Assembly: GCA_008369845.1 (NCBI GenBank)
Contig: MRSU01004077.1
Span: 1 to 46,688 of the forward strand
Length of the DNA: 46,688 bases
Reading direction: 5' to 3'
Origin: Trichomonas gallinae
Lineage: Eukaryota
Made by a program: the position numbers and the translations under genes
The notes under the pieces: generated by a model
Told to the model about the DNA's origin: nothing
Databases searched by the model: none
The model's input: the letters and a program-made list of their open reading frames with translations, nothing else
Shown: positions 25,331-36,089 of the stretch, piece after piece
How the letters are laid out: every line of letters starts with the position of its first letter
How positions within the stretch are numbered: position 1 is the first letter of the stretch

Positions 25331-26404
25331 ATGCTTCCTAGAAATACATCAAGAACTTCAATACTAATTCTATCGCTAATTCCGATTTTCGTTGTTCTTA
25401 TCTTTCTGTCAACCATGAGCAATGAAACTCCGCAAAAACAGCCTCAAAATATACAAGTTTTTAAACAAAAAGTTAGGAATTGGAAGCTAGGAACGAATCC
25501 TCCGCCTCCAAAACTCTCGAAAAAGAATCAAACTGAAAAATTATACGTGATGGTACTAGATAATGAATACGAATCGAAGCCTCATCAATGCTTGATGAAA
25601 AAACAATGGATGGATCCATTTCTTCAGCATCCTGAGATAGATGGCATCGAGGTGTATTCTGTAAACGCATGGACAAATGAAGCTTGCAATTTATCATCAA
25701 TCACGATTCCTGAATTACCAAAACAACAAATAAATCCGAGTGCATTCTTATTATACAATTCCATGAAGATGTTCCTTGAGCGTTCAGATGCTGGATGGCT
25801 CTTTATCATTGGTGATGCAGCATATATTAAAATACCAAGATTTTTCGAATGGCTGGAAATGACTATGCGTTCAAATAACCCATTAACAGAAATATTTATG
25901 ATTGGTAGCTGCGTTGAAGAAAGATATTTCTTCCAAATGCTGCTTTCAAGTTCCGGAATTTTATTTTCACGCAGCTATGTAAATCGTCTTGTAGATTCTG
26001 GAAGTGATCAGTTATGGGATGTTTCATTCAATGTCGGAATTACATCAGAAGAAATATTAGCAAAAATATCAGATAAATTAGGCGTTTATATTCCTGGAAA
26101 GCAAACACATGAGTTTGTCGGCAGAGGATTTACTCATGCAAGCCATTATCAGAAACTCTTAGATAAAGATTTTAAAGGTTTACCAAAGTGCATCATCCCT
26201 CATATGTATTTGCACCCTGAACCTGGTGAACTTGGTTTATGTTCTGCTCAAGTCTTCAAATTTGATGATATGTCGATCTGGTCTGGACTTAATCATTTAT
26301 CTAAACAAAAATTCCTCGAAGATGCAGAAAAAATGATGACTGGTAATCCACAAAGCTTAGGATATTACTGGGATCGGTTGCATTTAACCCTATGCCAAAT
26401 ATAA
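25331..26404 (+). CDS. Type II membrane protein, divergent GT31/Fringe/core-1 galactosyltransferase-like
   Basis: N-terminal TM anchor followed by GWLFIIGDAAYI (cf. xWFxxxDDDTYV), SSGILFSRSYVNRL (cf. GAGYVLSRxAL) and EEILAKISDKLGV (cf. EDVxLGxCxxxLGV). First ATG is at 25331. Confidence 0.6.
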   Translation: MLPRNTSRTSILILSLIPIFVVLIFLSTMSNETPQKQPQNIQVFKQKVRNWKLGTNPPPPKLSKKNQTEKLYVMVLDNEYESKPHQCLMKKQWMDPFLQHPEIDGIEVYSVNAWTNEACNLSSITIPELPKQQINPSAFLLYNSMKMFLERSDAGWLFIIGDAAYIKIPRFFEWLEMTMRSNNPLTEIFMIGSCVEERYFFQMLLSSSGILFSRSYVNRLVDSGSDQLWDVSFNVGITSEEILAKISDKLGVYIPGKQTHEFVGRGFTHASHYQKLLDKDFKGLPKCIIPHMYLHPEPGELGLCSAQVFKFDDMSIWSGLNHLSKQKFLEDAEKMMTGNPQSLGYYWDRLHLTLCQI

Positions 26405-26864
26405 GCTGTTAATATTATTTTAATCTTGTTTGTTGATAGAATTATAAAATATCTGTTTCTATTTTTAGCAAAATTTGTTGTATTTTAGTGCATTTAACAA
26501 GGATTCGATGAAATTATCGAATTTCGATTTTGAAAGTAAAAATTGAAGAATTATTTGGGTTTGGAAATGATGTTAAGGTCAATTTAAATTCGATTTTATT
26601 GTTTTTGGCTCATAAAGATTGTTTTGAAAAAATTATGAAAATATGTCATCAAATTTGAGACTAATGAATAGCAAAATACGATTAGAGGGTTGATGCGAAA
26701 GCAAGAGATGAAGATGTTCCAAAAACAAATGTTTATCGAATATAATGTAAATCGATGGTTAATTTCGTGGTAGTTTGATACTGTTCACCACAAGCTAAAC
26801 GAATATGGAACTCTCGATTGATGTCATTTAATTTCTATTGGATCTGATAAACATTCACATTTTG

Positions 26865-26951
26865 AAAATTTGAAAGAATTACAATATCACTTTTCACATT
26901 ATTTGACGCTCTGATATTGTAAAATAAACTAATTGACAGGCAAAACAATAT
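26865..26951. mobile_element. Palindromic MITE-like element, copy 2 (left end missing)
   Basis: Colinear with 23346-23415 (AAAATTTGAAAGAATTACA...TCACTTTTCA...CTGAYATTGTAAA). It ends in TTGACAGGCAAAACAATAT, the exact reverse complement of 23302-23320. Confidence 0.5.
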
Positions 26952-27078
26952 CATGCTCACAGGCACCAAAAAACTCTTTTTATTTCATTTTTATGAATTT
27001 GACAATTTCTGTTTACAAACCAAAAATATGACACTTTACAAACAAATAGTCAGATTTCATAATCATTATTATTTTTTC

Positions 27079-27702
27079 ATGGATGTAAATAATATTGTTG
27101 ATATTCCTCAAGTACATTTTACCGAGTATCAAGCCATTGTCAGGGAGAAGCTTGGAAGAATTACAGTCGTTAAGAACACAACAAGCATTCATCAACTTAT
27201 CAAAGCTATTGCAACTGATGCTACAAACGCTGGATTAGATTTATTTGATAATTTTCCGATGCTTGGATTTCTTTTATTTAAAAAACATGTATTTTTGAAT
27301 CCACAAATTTTTGCACCGAATGTAAATTGCGATCTAGCTTTTGTAAGTGAATTAATACGGCTTGGGTTGATAAATAATCACGACAAATTCCCAAAATTCT
27401 CCCAAATGATCAAACCGAGAATCGAAGAAACGTTTGATGATTGGGATATATACGCACTTCCCAAAGCAAAAAATGTTAAAAACCTCAGCACTCTAATTAC
27501 ACATCTCAAAATCAATGATATTTCTGTTTTTGAAACTACGCATCAATATATAAGGAGTTATCAATTTTTCACGCAGGAAATCCAATCTATAGAAGTCATG
27601 GGCAAAGAATTGAGATTAATCACTGATTACGGAAATTATTATATGCAACAAGTTCCTGAAGAGCGAAAATCAACAAAAGAAAAGTGTTGGCTTTTCAAAT
27701 AA
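27079..27702 (+). CDS. Hypothetical protein, possibly a highly divergent IBD-like domain
   Basis: The ORF is open from 26953, but the ATG at 27079 follows a TCATT Inr at 27063. LGFLLFKKHVFLNPQIFA weakly echoes the IBD GxxW...xxVxxxxFA pattern. Confidence 0.6.
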   Translation: MDVNNIVDIPQVHFTEYQAIVREKLGRITVVKNTTSIHQLIKAIATDATNAGLDLFDNFPMLGFLLFKKHVFLNPQIFAPNVNCDLAFVSELIRLGLINNHDKFPKFSQMIKPRIEETFDDWDIYALPKAKNVKNLSTLITHLKINDISVFETTHQYIRSYQFFTQEIQSIEVMGKELRLITDYGNYYMQQVPEERKSTKEKCWLFK

Positions 27703-28482
27703 CCATCTATTGACTATTCCCTCTTTTAATAGTATATTGATATTTTTTTAATTATTAGCTAACTCAATTCAGTTAATGCCATACGTCTGTTTTGTTATGT
27801 TTAAATAAATATATTATGTTATTTTTGACTTTCAACAAACTCAATAAAAATTGAATCATATGAAACTAAAATATGATTACTGCTTCATTCATTTATATGT
27901 TAAAATATACTGTTTGATATTGAAATTGTATTTTTTTAAAATTGATTTCATATTTGTCCAAATATTCAAATGAAACTTCATATCATGTGCTGGATTTATG
28001 CTCATTGAATGATGGTCTCATTATTTCCTTTTAAATCCGAGAAATTAAATTTTTATATAATTATTTAAAAAATGACATGTAAATAGGGATGTCAAAATTT
28101 TGATAAGTTACTTCCAATTTTTTTTAAATCATTAAAAAATGATTGAAGTTTTTAGTGAGCATCATTATGGAATAGACATTTTCGACTCTAAGAAGCTAAT
28201 CCTAAGACCACGTATATTCCATCTGTGCGAAAAGGAATGGCAGCAAAACAAATTTATTTCATGGAACAGTTTCGAAAAAGTAACATTCTTTACATGTCAT
28301 ATTATAACAGATTACAATTTTACGTGTCAAAATATCTAGATAATGTTTGTAATGTGCAAATCTCGCTGCAGGACTGTTTTTATATAGAAATAGGCTTCAA
28401 CAGCAAAATAATCTAAGTAAAATGTGTAAAATTTTGTGATCAATTTTGATTCAAATTTGACGATCGATTTGTATTGCACAGA

Positions 28483-31400
28483 ATGACGGCGAATGTTGCT
28501 AAGATTCAGCAGAAATACCTGAATTCTGGTGCTAGTAACGGCAATTTCATCAACTGCATTGGAATGACGTATTATCACGGCCAGCTCGTGATTGCTTATG
28601 GATCTTCACATCTTGTTGTTATTGCATCGACATCTCTCAACGTAATCTCTACATTAGACGGACATAGTGCCAATAGCGTTGTCACATGTGTCGCTTGGGC
28701 TCCGTTTTCTGGAAGATTATCATCATGCTCAAATAATCGCGAGTTAATTATTTGGGATCCAGTTGATAGAACGTGGAGGCAGTCGCACAAAATCATTCTC
28801 TCATCTCCTGGCGTTTGTATGTCGTGGTCAATCACCGATGTTCAATTTTGTGTCGCCGCAGATAAATTCCAAATTTATACACTCGTTAAAAACATCGAAG
28901 CTAAAGAATACGAACCGATTTTCGAAGATCCAGCTCCTATCTCGTTCTGTTCATTCAGCCGAGATTCGAGATTTATTTTGACGCTTCAAAAATCCAGCAG
29001 AGAAGTGTTCATTTGGCATAAAATTCCCAATGACAGACAAAGATTACGCAGAATTCCATTAAATCACCCTTCGCCTGTTATAACAATTCATTGGCGCACA
29101 TCTGATCAAATTCACGAGCGTTGCTCATTTTTGACTCTCGCAGAAGACCACGTTGTACGCATTTGGACTGAAACAGGCGTAAACGAAGAATTGTCATTTA
29201 ATGTTGTCGCTGCAATTCCAAGCGAATACCAAACAATATCAGCAACATTTCTTACAACATCATCCCGCATGATTAAAAACAACGCTCGCGATTCACAGCA
29301 TAGAAGAACAATTTCCGTCGATAATTACGCTTATGGAACTGGTCACTTGCCTCTCTGCGATCTCAACAACCGTGTCGCAGATGTTGCATCAAATCAGGAG
29401 CTCAAGAGAAACGTCAGCTGGTTATTAACTTGTGATCAAAATAATTGCATCAATTTATGGGAACTTTCTGGCATAAGCACATCAGTAAGAAGAACGCCTA
29501 AATTAAATCACATCAAAGTCATCGAATGCAGCGGCCAAATTTTTCCAGGAAATTATACAAAAATGTTCGCGGTTTGCACACTCGAAAATGAACTCGCTTA
29601 CTTGAATGATGAAAACTTCATTGGGAGGCCAAGTTCAATCTCGCTTATTTTGCAGGATCAAAAAACAAATATGATCGAAAACGTTGATATTTCGCTTCAA
29701 AAAGCTCAAGTGCAGGTTGTTGGTAGGTCACAGGGTCACTCGCATCCAATTAATTCCATAAGGATTCACCAGACGAAACCTTTGATGGTTACAATCGACA
29801 CAGATGGACTTGCTCTCATCTGGAAATACGACGACACTGATGTCTTTGATCCAACAGTGCTAACTAAGTTCGGAAGTAAAGTAGATTCGAAAGTTATCGC
29901 TGGAGATTGGAATGGCATTGACCGCCAGCTGTTTGGATTCAATGGAAACAGCTTCCTTTGTGTTGACGTTCCAGTTGACGCACCACCAAATCTTAAAGCC
30001 AAAGTTATCGGAAATTCACCAAAAATCTATGATTTGGACAATGGTGGCTTAATAAATGAAGTCATGGACTTCAGATACTGCACAACAATGAATTGTGGCT
30101 CTCTTTTCATCATGCTTTTGCAAAATGCTTTATATATTTTGTATTTCGATAATAAACGCGAAGACGTTGTTTTGCTGAAGAAATTCACAAGTAGATATAC
30201 ATTTGGTGCTCAGGCTTATATATCTACCCTTTTCCCGCTTCCTGGTGCAACAATTTATTTCTTCGCTGATGCGAACAACGACGTTTACACAACAATCATG
30301 GAGAACACAAGTCCATTCCAGGTATCAGTCCAAAAAGTCTGCCACATCGACGAAGATGTGGTTGCATTAGATTTCGCTCATCCGGGCTTCTTATTCATCA
30401 TCACAAAGAAGCACATGCTCATCACATGGCGCCACTCATCACAGAAAGTTGACTTTGAGCCAATTCAGAGCATCGAAATGTCTCATGAGCCAATATTCGC
30501 CGCTTGTATTCCAACAGGTTTGATTGCTGTTGTTTCCAAAGATGAAGTTCACGCAGGAAAGACATTCCTCAACTTATATCACTCAATCAGACAAAGATCT
30601 ACGTTCCCTGATACTCATTCTGACTGGGAGCACGTCGCTTCCTGCGAAATGGACTGCATCAATGCCATTGAATGGTCTCTCGACGGTATTTTGATTGTAG
30701 CTTCAGGAACAAAGATCACAGCATTCACCAAATTCATGGATTCGTTCTTCTTCTCAATTCAGCTGAAGAAAGTCAGAACAATCCACCACGCCTTGGCTAT
30801 AAGAGCTCGCTCACCATCGGACTTCCATCCAATGACCATGTTCCCGTTGGCATCATCAGGAAGATTGAATTTAGTTTTCTCAATGCTCGAGTTTTTGAAC
30901 GAAAACTATAACCATCACGACAACCTTGGCATGTACACAAAGAACTTACTCAAGATGCCTGAAGAAGGATTCGACAACGCAATTCCTGAAGACAAAATCG
31001 ACGCGATCACAGAACCATTACTTATTAAATTGCAGCTTGAATTGCCACTTGATTGCGGCGAAAAGCAGAGAGACCAGTTGATGAGATTGGTCAAAATGCT
31101 CAAGCAGCTGCAGCGCCCAGACATCATGGCACTCGAAAAGCGTGCGCAAGTCGTCGCTAGAGCTTGCCTACTTGAAGAACGCGCTATCATTCCATTCGAC
31201 GCAATTATTCTGGCGTATCAGACATACGCGCAGATGCAGCTGATGAAGACGCTCGATTTGAATTCATGGGAGAACGTGGAGAAAAGTGGATGTGTTTTCT
31301 GGTGCAAGAACTTGAAGGATATTTTCGAATTCTTGACACCACTTGCTGTGAATGTTTTCGAGAACTCTAGATATCTTAGTATTTTAATTTTAGTCCTCGG

Positions 31401-34400
31401 AAAGCGTCAAAAGATTTTGCAGAGATTGTTCTCGAAGGCTGGTGATGATACTCGTGCGCAGTTCTTCGTGAGAAACTTCAATCTCGACAAGAACCAGAAG
31501 TCCGCTGAAAAGAATGCTTACTCAGCTCTATCAAAGCACGATTACCACATCGCTGCTGCAATGTTCTATCTCGCCGGTCAGATCGGCTCATGCGTAAGAG
31601 TTTTGCTGAAGAATCTCGGCAGCTACACACTGGCATATCTCGCTTGCAGGTGTTTGGATGAAGGTGATCAGCTTCAAGGCGAATTCGAGATTGGCGAAAA
31701 TACGAAGAGAGTCATCAACGAGGCTTTCATTCCTAGAGCGATTGAAACTAAAGATCTCGCCGCCAAAGAACTGTTCGAGCACATCATTGATCCATCGAAT
31801 CCGATAGAATTGGCGCCAAGAATGACTCAGCCGGTCCCAGGATTCTTCTTCGAGGAGTCAGCATACTACGGAGACATGAGGTTCAACCTCTGCGAAGCTT
31901 TGACAACATCTATTTCAATGAAGTCAGACTACATCAAGTCCGCTTTCTACATGGGCAACTTATTGCTCGCTGTCCAGTATCTGCCCTATTACAGCGACAC
32001 CATTCTTCCTATTGAAGCGACGGAATACCAAGAAGGTCCAGAAGTTATGCAGATGCAGAGATCTAGATCAAGAGACTTCGGTGAAAACCTCCTGGGTGCT
32101 GTCAGCGCACAGCCTTCAAGTAGTGACATCAAATTCTCCAAGACATTCCACAGCTTCACGCAGAACTCTCTTCCTAAGATTAAACCCGGCAAGAAGGTTA
32201 AATCATCTTCGAGTGATTACAGTGATGACAATGACACCATCACATCTGACAGCGTCATGAAGAGATCCGGCCAGCTATCGCACAAGAAAGGAAAGAATTC
32301 GATTTTGATTTCACCGCCCAAAGACCACAAAGCATCGCCAGCGAAGAAGCACCATCATAAGAAATCAGACAGCAAGGCTCCGCCAAAGCCAGAACCAGAA
32401 GAAGACAAGTCGGCAATCGATAACATATCGACTTTCGTTGAAGAGAAAGGCAGCGAGTCAGAGAGCGACTCTTTCAATGACAACCCATTCGGATTCACAG
32501 GAAATATGATGGATGATTTCGATACAGAAGAATACAGCGACGAAAGCGAAGATGAAGACGCAAAGAAGGAGGATGACAAGAAGAAGAGCGAATACGACAG
32601 TGAATACTCATACTATAGTGATTACTATTACGAAGAAGAAGAGAATGAACCCAAAGAGAAAGAAAAGAAAGAGGACGAAGAACAAATTGAAAGTGCGCTC
32701 GTTGACAACTGGTTCAATGAGATTATTTTGTTCAATATCTGCAGATACAGGCTCGAATACTTCCTGGAAACTAAATACGGACTCGACCTCAAAGATGTTC
32801 CAAACATTTTCCAGATTTTGCCTGAAATCAATTCCGTTGGTGACCAGACGAAGTCAATGGCTCATCAGCTCTCTGATTACTTGCTGAGAAGCTGCAAACG
32901 CAGATGCTTCATCTACAGAAGAATCATGTTGATGACATCAGAAATAGACAAACTCTGCTACATTCATCATCTTTGCCGCTCGATTTCTCTCATCCCAGAT
33001 CAGATGCTATCCTTCCACATATCACCACAGCAAATCTCCCAGCTCGCTCAGACAGCGCACATCATTATCATGTTCATCAACGCTGGCATCGTTGATATTT
33101 CGAACTGCGAATCAAGCCACTTCATCATTGCGTCAATCTGTACTGCACTCTTCATGTTCGCATTCTTCTACCAGAAGAACAAGATGATGCACATGCTTCT
33201 CTCTTTGGACTTAAAGTCATTGAAACACTTCCCAGATGAATTCGATGAAGAACTCACCATCGTTAATGTCCAGCTCGAAGAGATACAAAACGAGCAACTC
33301 GAAGACACTCAAAACGGTTCGTTCTTGACATACATCCTTGAGAACTCAGAATCAAAGATCACCTGCAAGAGCGCTGTGATCGAAGATGAAGCTGGATACA
33401 TTAACTTTACTCATTCTCTCTTGGACTTCCTTCTCCATGACACTTTCCTCAGCAATATCCAAAGGTTATACTCCAACACAGAAGAGTTCGAGAAGATGTT
33501 CCAGTTTTTGTCGAAGATCAGAGACATCTACATGCAGCTCTTCCAATATCACGTTTTGTCTTCAAACGTCGTCCGCTGGCTGCCAGCGTTCACAGCGATC
33601 GACTACGGCAACGATGAAGTCAACAAACTCTATGAATTACTCCTCACTGCTTCTAGACAGACTGAGTTGAATAACTTCGCCAAGTATTTGGTGAACAAGT
33701 TCTCTGATATCTCATCTGCACCAATCAAAGAGAGACTAGTCATGATGAACTTAATCAAAGATGAGCCAATCGCTGAGAAGCTAAAATCCGATACATACGC
33801 AATTGTCGGAAACAAGAGCAATACACATGTCATTTTGGCGACATCTGCTGGTCTTGTAGACAGAGGTGTTAAGCCAAGAAAGAGAATGTCTCCATCCAAG
33901 ACTATTTCCATCTCCAACCAAAGCAAGAGAATTTCATACACGATTCCTAAAGAGCACCACCAAGAACTTATCCCAGACCACGAGTTCAGCAAGTTCAAAG
34001 AGCGCAAAGAGCCAACCAATCCTAAGATCCTTATCGCACATCCGCACGAAGACTTCGCAATCATCGCTGACAAGTCCGGTGAAGTCTGGGCGAGATCTTT
34101 CAATGATCCATCGAAGCACTTCTTCTTCGAAACAGGCCAAAGCATTCCTTGCTCAGCATTGGCTGTTTCAAACGATGGCAATATGTTTGGAGCTGCCTTC
34201 GGATCTAAAGCTCGCTTGTACTCTTTCTTCTGCAACGAAGACGGCCGCAATCTGTACGCAGACTTCGACACTTGGAGCGAAAAGATCACATGCATGGATT
34301 TCGTCAAAGGCAGTGGCATCTTCGCGTGCGGACAGATCGCATCGGAGCAGTGCAAGAGCGCTGTTACATTTTGGGATGCTCTCCTTCCAAACTCATCTGC

Positions 34401-34773
34401 CATGATTGCTTCAGTTAAATTCGGCAAAGGCGTTGATCCAACATGCATGGACTTCTCTTATCTTGAAAACAACTTGATTGTCGGCACGAACAAAGGCACT
34501 GTTTACACTGTCGACACGAGAATGTTCGGCGTCATTCATACATATAAAGCCCACTCTAAGGAAGTCACAGCACTTAAGGTAGATAAGGGCGAAGCCTTCT
34601 GCGCGACAGGAGGAATTGGAGGAAAGCTTAAGATATGGAATTTACATAGTTCAGCATTAGTTCAGTCTATTGAAGTTCCTGGAATGCACTCCGTCAAATC
34701 AATTGATATCAGTTCAGATCATATCTATGTCGCATATAGCGATGGATATGCTCAGATTAATCTTGGACAATAA
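28483..34773 (+). CDS. Rav1/Rabconnectin-3alpha (DmX-like) WD40 protein, V-ATPase assembly (RAVE) scaffold
   Basis: N-terminal WD40 repeats with IHWR...FLTLAEDHVVRIWTE, the Rav1p_C signature KSAEKNAYSALSKHDYHIAAAMFYLAG (cf. AAxKNAFxLLGKQRFxxAAAFFLLAG), and C-terminal WD40s with FWDALLP as in DMXL. First ATG is at 28483. Confidence 0.9.
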   Translation: MTANVAKIQQKYLNSGASNGNFINCIGMTYYHGQLVIAYGSSHLVVIASTSLNVISTLDGHSANSVVTCVAWAPFSGRLSSCSNNRELIIWDPVDRTWRQSHKIILSSPGVCMSWSITDVQFCVAADKFQIYTLVKNIEAKEYEPIFEDPAPISFCSFSRDSRFILTLQKSSREVFIWHKIPNDRQRLRRIPLNHPSPVITIHWRTSDQIHERCSFLTLAEDHVVRIWTETGVNEELSFNVVAAIPSEYQTISATFLTTSSRMIKNNARDSQHRRTISVDNYAYGTGHLPLCDLNNRVADVASNQELKRNVSWLLTCDQNNCINLWELSGISTSVRRTPKLNHIKVIECSGQIFPGNYTKMFAVCTLENELAYLNDENFIGRPSSISLILQDQKTNMIENVDISLQKAQVQVVGRSQGHSHPINSIRIHQTKPLMVTIDTDGLALIWKYDDTDVFDPTVLTKFGSKVDSKVIAGDWNGIDRQLFGFNGNSFLCVDVPVDAPPNLKAKVIGNSPKIYDLDNGGLINEVMDFRYCTTMNCGSLFIMLLQNALYILYFDNKREDVVLLKKFTSRYTFGAQAYISTLFPLPGATIYFFADANNDVYTTIMENTSPFQVSVQKVCHIDEDVVALDFAHPGFLFIITKKHMLITWRHSSQKVDFEPIQSIEMSHEPIFAACIPTGLIAVVSKDEVHAGKTFLNLYHSIRQRSTFPDTHSDWEHVASCEMDCINAIEWSLDGILIVASGTKITAFTKFMDSFFFSIQLKKVRTIHHALAIRARSPSDFHPMTMFPLASSGRLNLVFSMLEFLNENYNHHDNLGMYTKNLLKMPEEGFDNAIPEDKIDAITEPLLIKLQLELPLDCGEKQRDQLMRLVKMLKQLQRPDIMALEKRAQVVARACLLEERAIIPFDAIILAYQTYAQMQLMKTLDLNSWENVEKSGCVFWCKNLKDIFEFLTPLAVNVFENSRYLSILILVLGKRQKILQRLFSKAGDDTRAQFFVRNFNLDKNQKSAEKNAYSALSKHDYHIAAAMFYLAGQIGSCVRVLLKNLGSYTLAYLACRCLDEGDQLQGEFEIGENTKRVINEAFIPRAIETKDLAAKELFEHIIDPSNPIELAPRMTQPVPGFFFEESAYYGDMRFNLCEALTTSISMKSDYIKSAFYMGNLLLAVQYLPYYSDTILPIEATEYQEGPEVMQMQRSRSRDFGENLLGAVSAQPSSSDIKFSKTFHSFTQNSLPKIKPGKKVKSSSSDYSDDNDTITSDSVMKRSGQLSHKKGKNSILISPPKDHKASPAKKHHHKKSDSKAPPKPEPEEDKSAIDNISTFVEEKGSESESDSFNDNPFGFTGNMMDDFDTEEYSDESEDEDAKKEDDKKKSEYDSEYSYYSDYYYEEEENEPKEKEKKEDEEQIESALVDNWFNEIILFNICRYRLEYFLETKYGLDLKDVPNIFQILPEINSVGDQTKSMAHQLSDYLLRSCKRRCFIYRRIMLMTSEIDKLCYIHHLCRSISLIPDQMLSFHISPQQISQLAQTAHIIIMFINAGIVDISNCESSHFIIASICTALFMFAFFYQKNKMMHMLLSLDLKSLKHFPDEFDEELTIVNVQLEEIQNEQLEDTQNGSFLTYILENSESKITCKSAVIEDEAGYINFTHSLLDFLLHDTFLSNIQRLYSNTEEFEKMFQFLSKIRDIYMQLFQYHVLSSNVVRWLPAFTAIDYGNDEVNKLYELLLTASRQTELNNFAKYLVNKFSDISSAPIKERLVMMNLIKDEPIAEKLKSDTYAIVGNKSNTHVILATSAGLVDRGVKPRKRMSPSKTISISNQSKRISYTIPKEHHQELIPDHEFSKFKERKEPTNPKILIAHPHEDFAIIADKSGEVWARSFNDPSKHFFFETGQSIPCSALAVSNDGNMFGAAFGSKARLYSFFCNEDGRNLYADFDTWSEKITCMDFVKGSGIFACGQIASEQCKSAVTFWDALLPNSSAMIASVKFGKGVDPTCMDFSYLENNLIVGTNKGTVYTVDTRMFGVIHTYKAHSKEVTALKVDKGEAFCATGGIGGKLKIWNLHSSALVQSIEVPGMHSVKSIDISSDHIYVAYSDGYAQINLGQ

Positions 34774-35044
34774 TTTTATATTTGTTTTAGTTATTTTTGT
34801 GTTTATAAATTTATAATTTTATAGAAGCTTTTTCATCCCAGAAATTGCAAATCTATAACCTTCAAATGCATAAATAAAGTCATTATTATATTGATTTATA
34901 TGAGTATATGACTGTTTTATCGTTAAAAAGATTTAAAAGATAAGAATAATAAAATTAGCAAATATATTTAGAAATATACACCAAATTGGCCTGTAAATTA
35001 ATAAAAACTGCGAATACTTTAAAATATAAAACGATATATTGGGC

Positions 35045-35689
35045 TTATTTATCCCATTTAACAGCGGCACAGAGATCACGATATGTTGTTGGTGTCTTCT
35101 TAACATTGGAAAGGTCACTATCCATACCAACGGATGGAGTATAACCACCATATCCAGTTGTATGTGTATGATACTGCCATGTATAATCAATAAGTGTACG
35201 ATCTTCATGAACTTTCTTACCGCGATTGTGGATTCCGTCATACGGAATGTAGCCGTCGTAGCCTGGAGGATGGTATGTCTTTTTCGTTGTACCAATGCAA
35301 TCCGCCTGTGTCTGCTTGCTCAAATGCCTTGGAGTCCACGCGAGATGCTTGACATCAGCCTTCTGACCACACTGTCCGAAGCAGTGCTGGTAATCTGTGT
35401 TGGGCGTGTTCGTTACTAAATCTGGCTTAACTGTGCTAGCATATTCAGGTGGAAGCTTGTACAACTCTTGTTTAGCGTTCAGTGGGCGAGTATATTGACG
35501 TAATGTTGTGCGAAGTTCGGCTGGTTTAGCTGTATCGGATCTATATAAAGTATCTGGCGTCGAAGAGTAATGATTTCCTGTCGTAACTTTTGTAGATAGG
35601 TTCTGCCCGCGAATGCGGTTGATTGGCTTGCGGTTGTAATCAACATTGTAAGTTGTCTGAGTTGATGGAGAAAGAACTCGCCCAAACAT
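35045..35689 (-). CDS. Probable flagellar microtubule inner protein with PYG/GYG-type repeats (FAM166-like)
   Basis: Basic T/Y-rich protein with GTTKKTYHPPGYDGYIP and TTGYGGYTP motifs and TxY segments typical of axonemal MIPs. Confidence 0.7.
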   Translation of the reverse strand: MFGRVLSPSTQTTYNVDYNRKPINRIRGQNLSTKVTTGNHYSSTPDTLYRSDTAKPAELRTTLRQYTRPLNAKQELYKLPPEYASTVKPDLVTNTPNTDYQHCFGQCGQKADVKHLAWTPRHLSKQTQADCIGTTKKTYHPPGYDGYIPYDGIHNRGKKVHEDRTLIDYTWQYHTHTTGYGGYTPSVGMDSDLSNVKKTPTTYRDLCAAVKWDK

Positions 35690-35886
35690 TGCGAATTAAC
35701 GGATTTTTTGTCACTTTTAAAAATTGAATTCATTTGACACATTTTATTTTATATTTTTGACATCTGACACTTTACAATGACATATTTCTTAAAAAGTGGA
35801 ACTTGTGGAACAATTTTTTAGCAGATTCGAGTTTTTAATAAAAAGTGCGTTCCACCACTGTGGCTTAGGAACTCTTTCACTTTTGT

Positions 35887-36089
35887 ACATGTCGAGGTTA
35901 AACTTATCAGTTCTTCTTTCAGAATTTTAATGTCGGAAATTCTACAAGAAAATCGAATAAATAAGACTTAGTCTTTCATGCTATTAGGGTGTATAGTACG
36001 CTATCATATTGACCTACTAGGTTAGTTCAGTTTTAACCACCTACGCTAATAGACCTCGAAAATTAACCTGGTGGATTTTTGACACATGT
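35887..36089 (+). ncRNA. Candidate structured non-coding RNA (unassigned; partial RNase P/MRP-like pairings)
   Basis: Multiple helices in a non-coding spacer: TCGAGGTT/GACCTCGA, CTATTAG-GGTG/CACC-CTAATAG, ATAG-TACG-CTAT, AAGAC-TTA-GTCTT, and AAATTCTAC/GTGGATTT with a bulged U. Confidence 0.3.

Noticed and set aside
33630..34448. 272-aa antisense ORF within the Rav1/DmX-like gene
   Set aside because: It is an antisense shadow of a well-supported gene.
35963..35980. AAGACTTAGTCTTTCA resembling the U3 snoRNA 5' end
   Set aside because: No box A (GGATCA) follows and no C/D boxes are evident.
35984..35989. TTAGGG/CCCTAA as a telomerase RNA template near a pseudoknot
   Set aside because: It is a single hexamer with no 1.5-repeat template, it is buried in a stem, and it lies on the opposite strand from the favoured pseudoknot.
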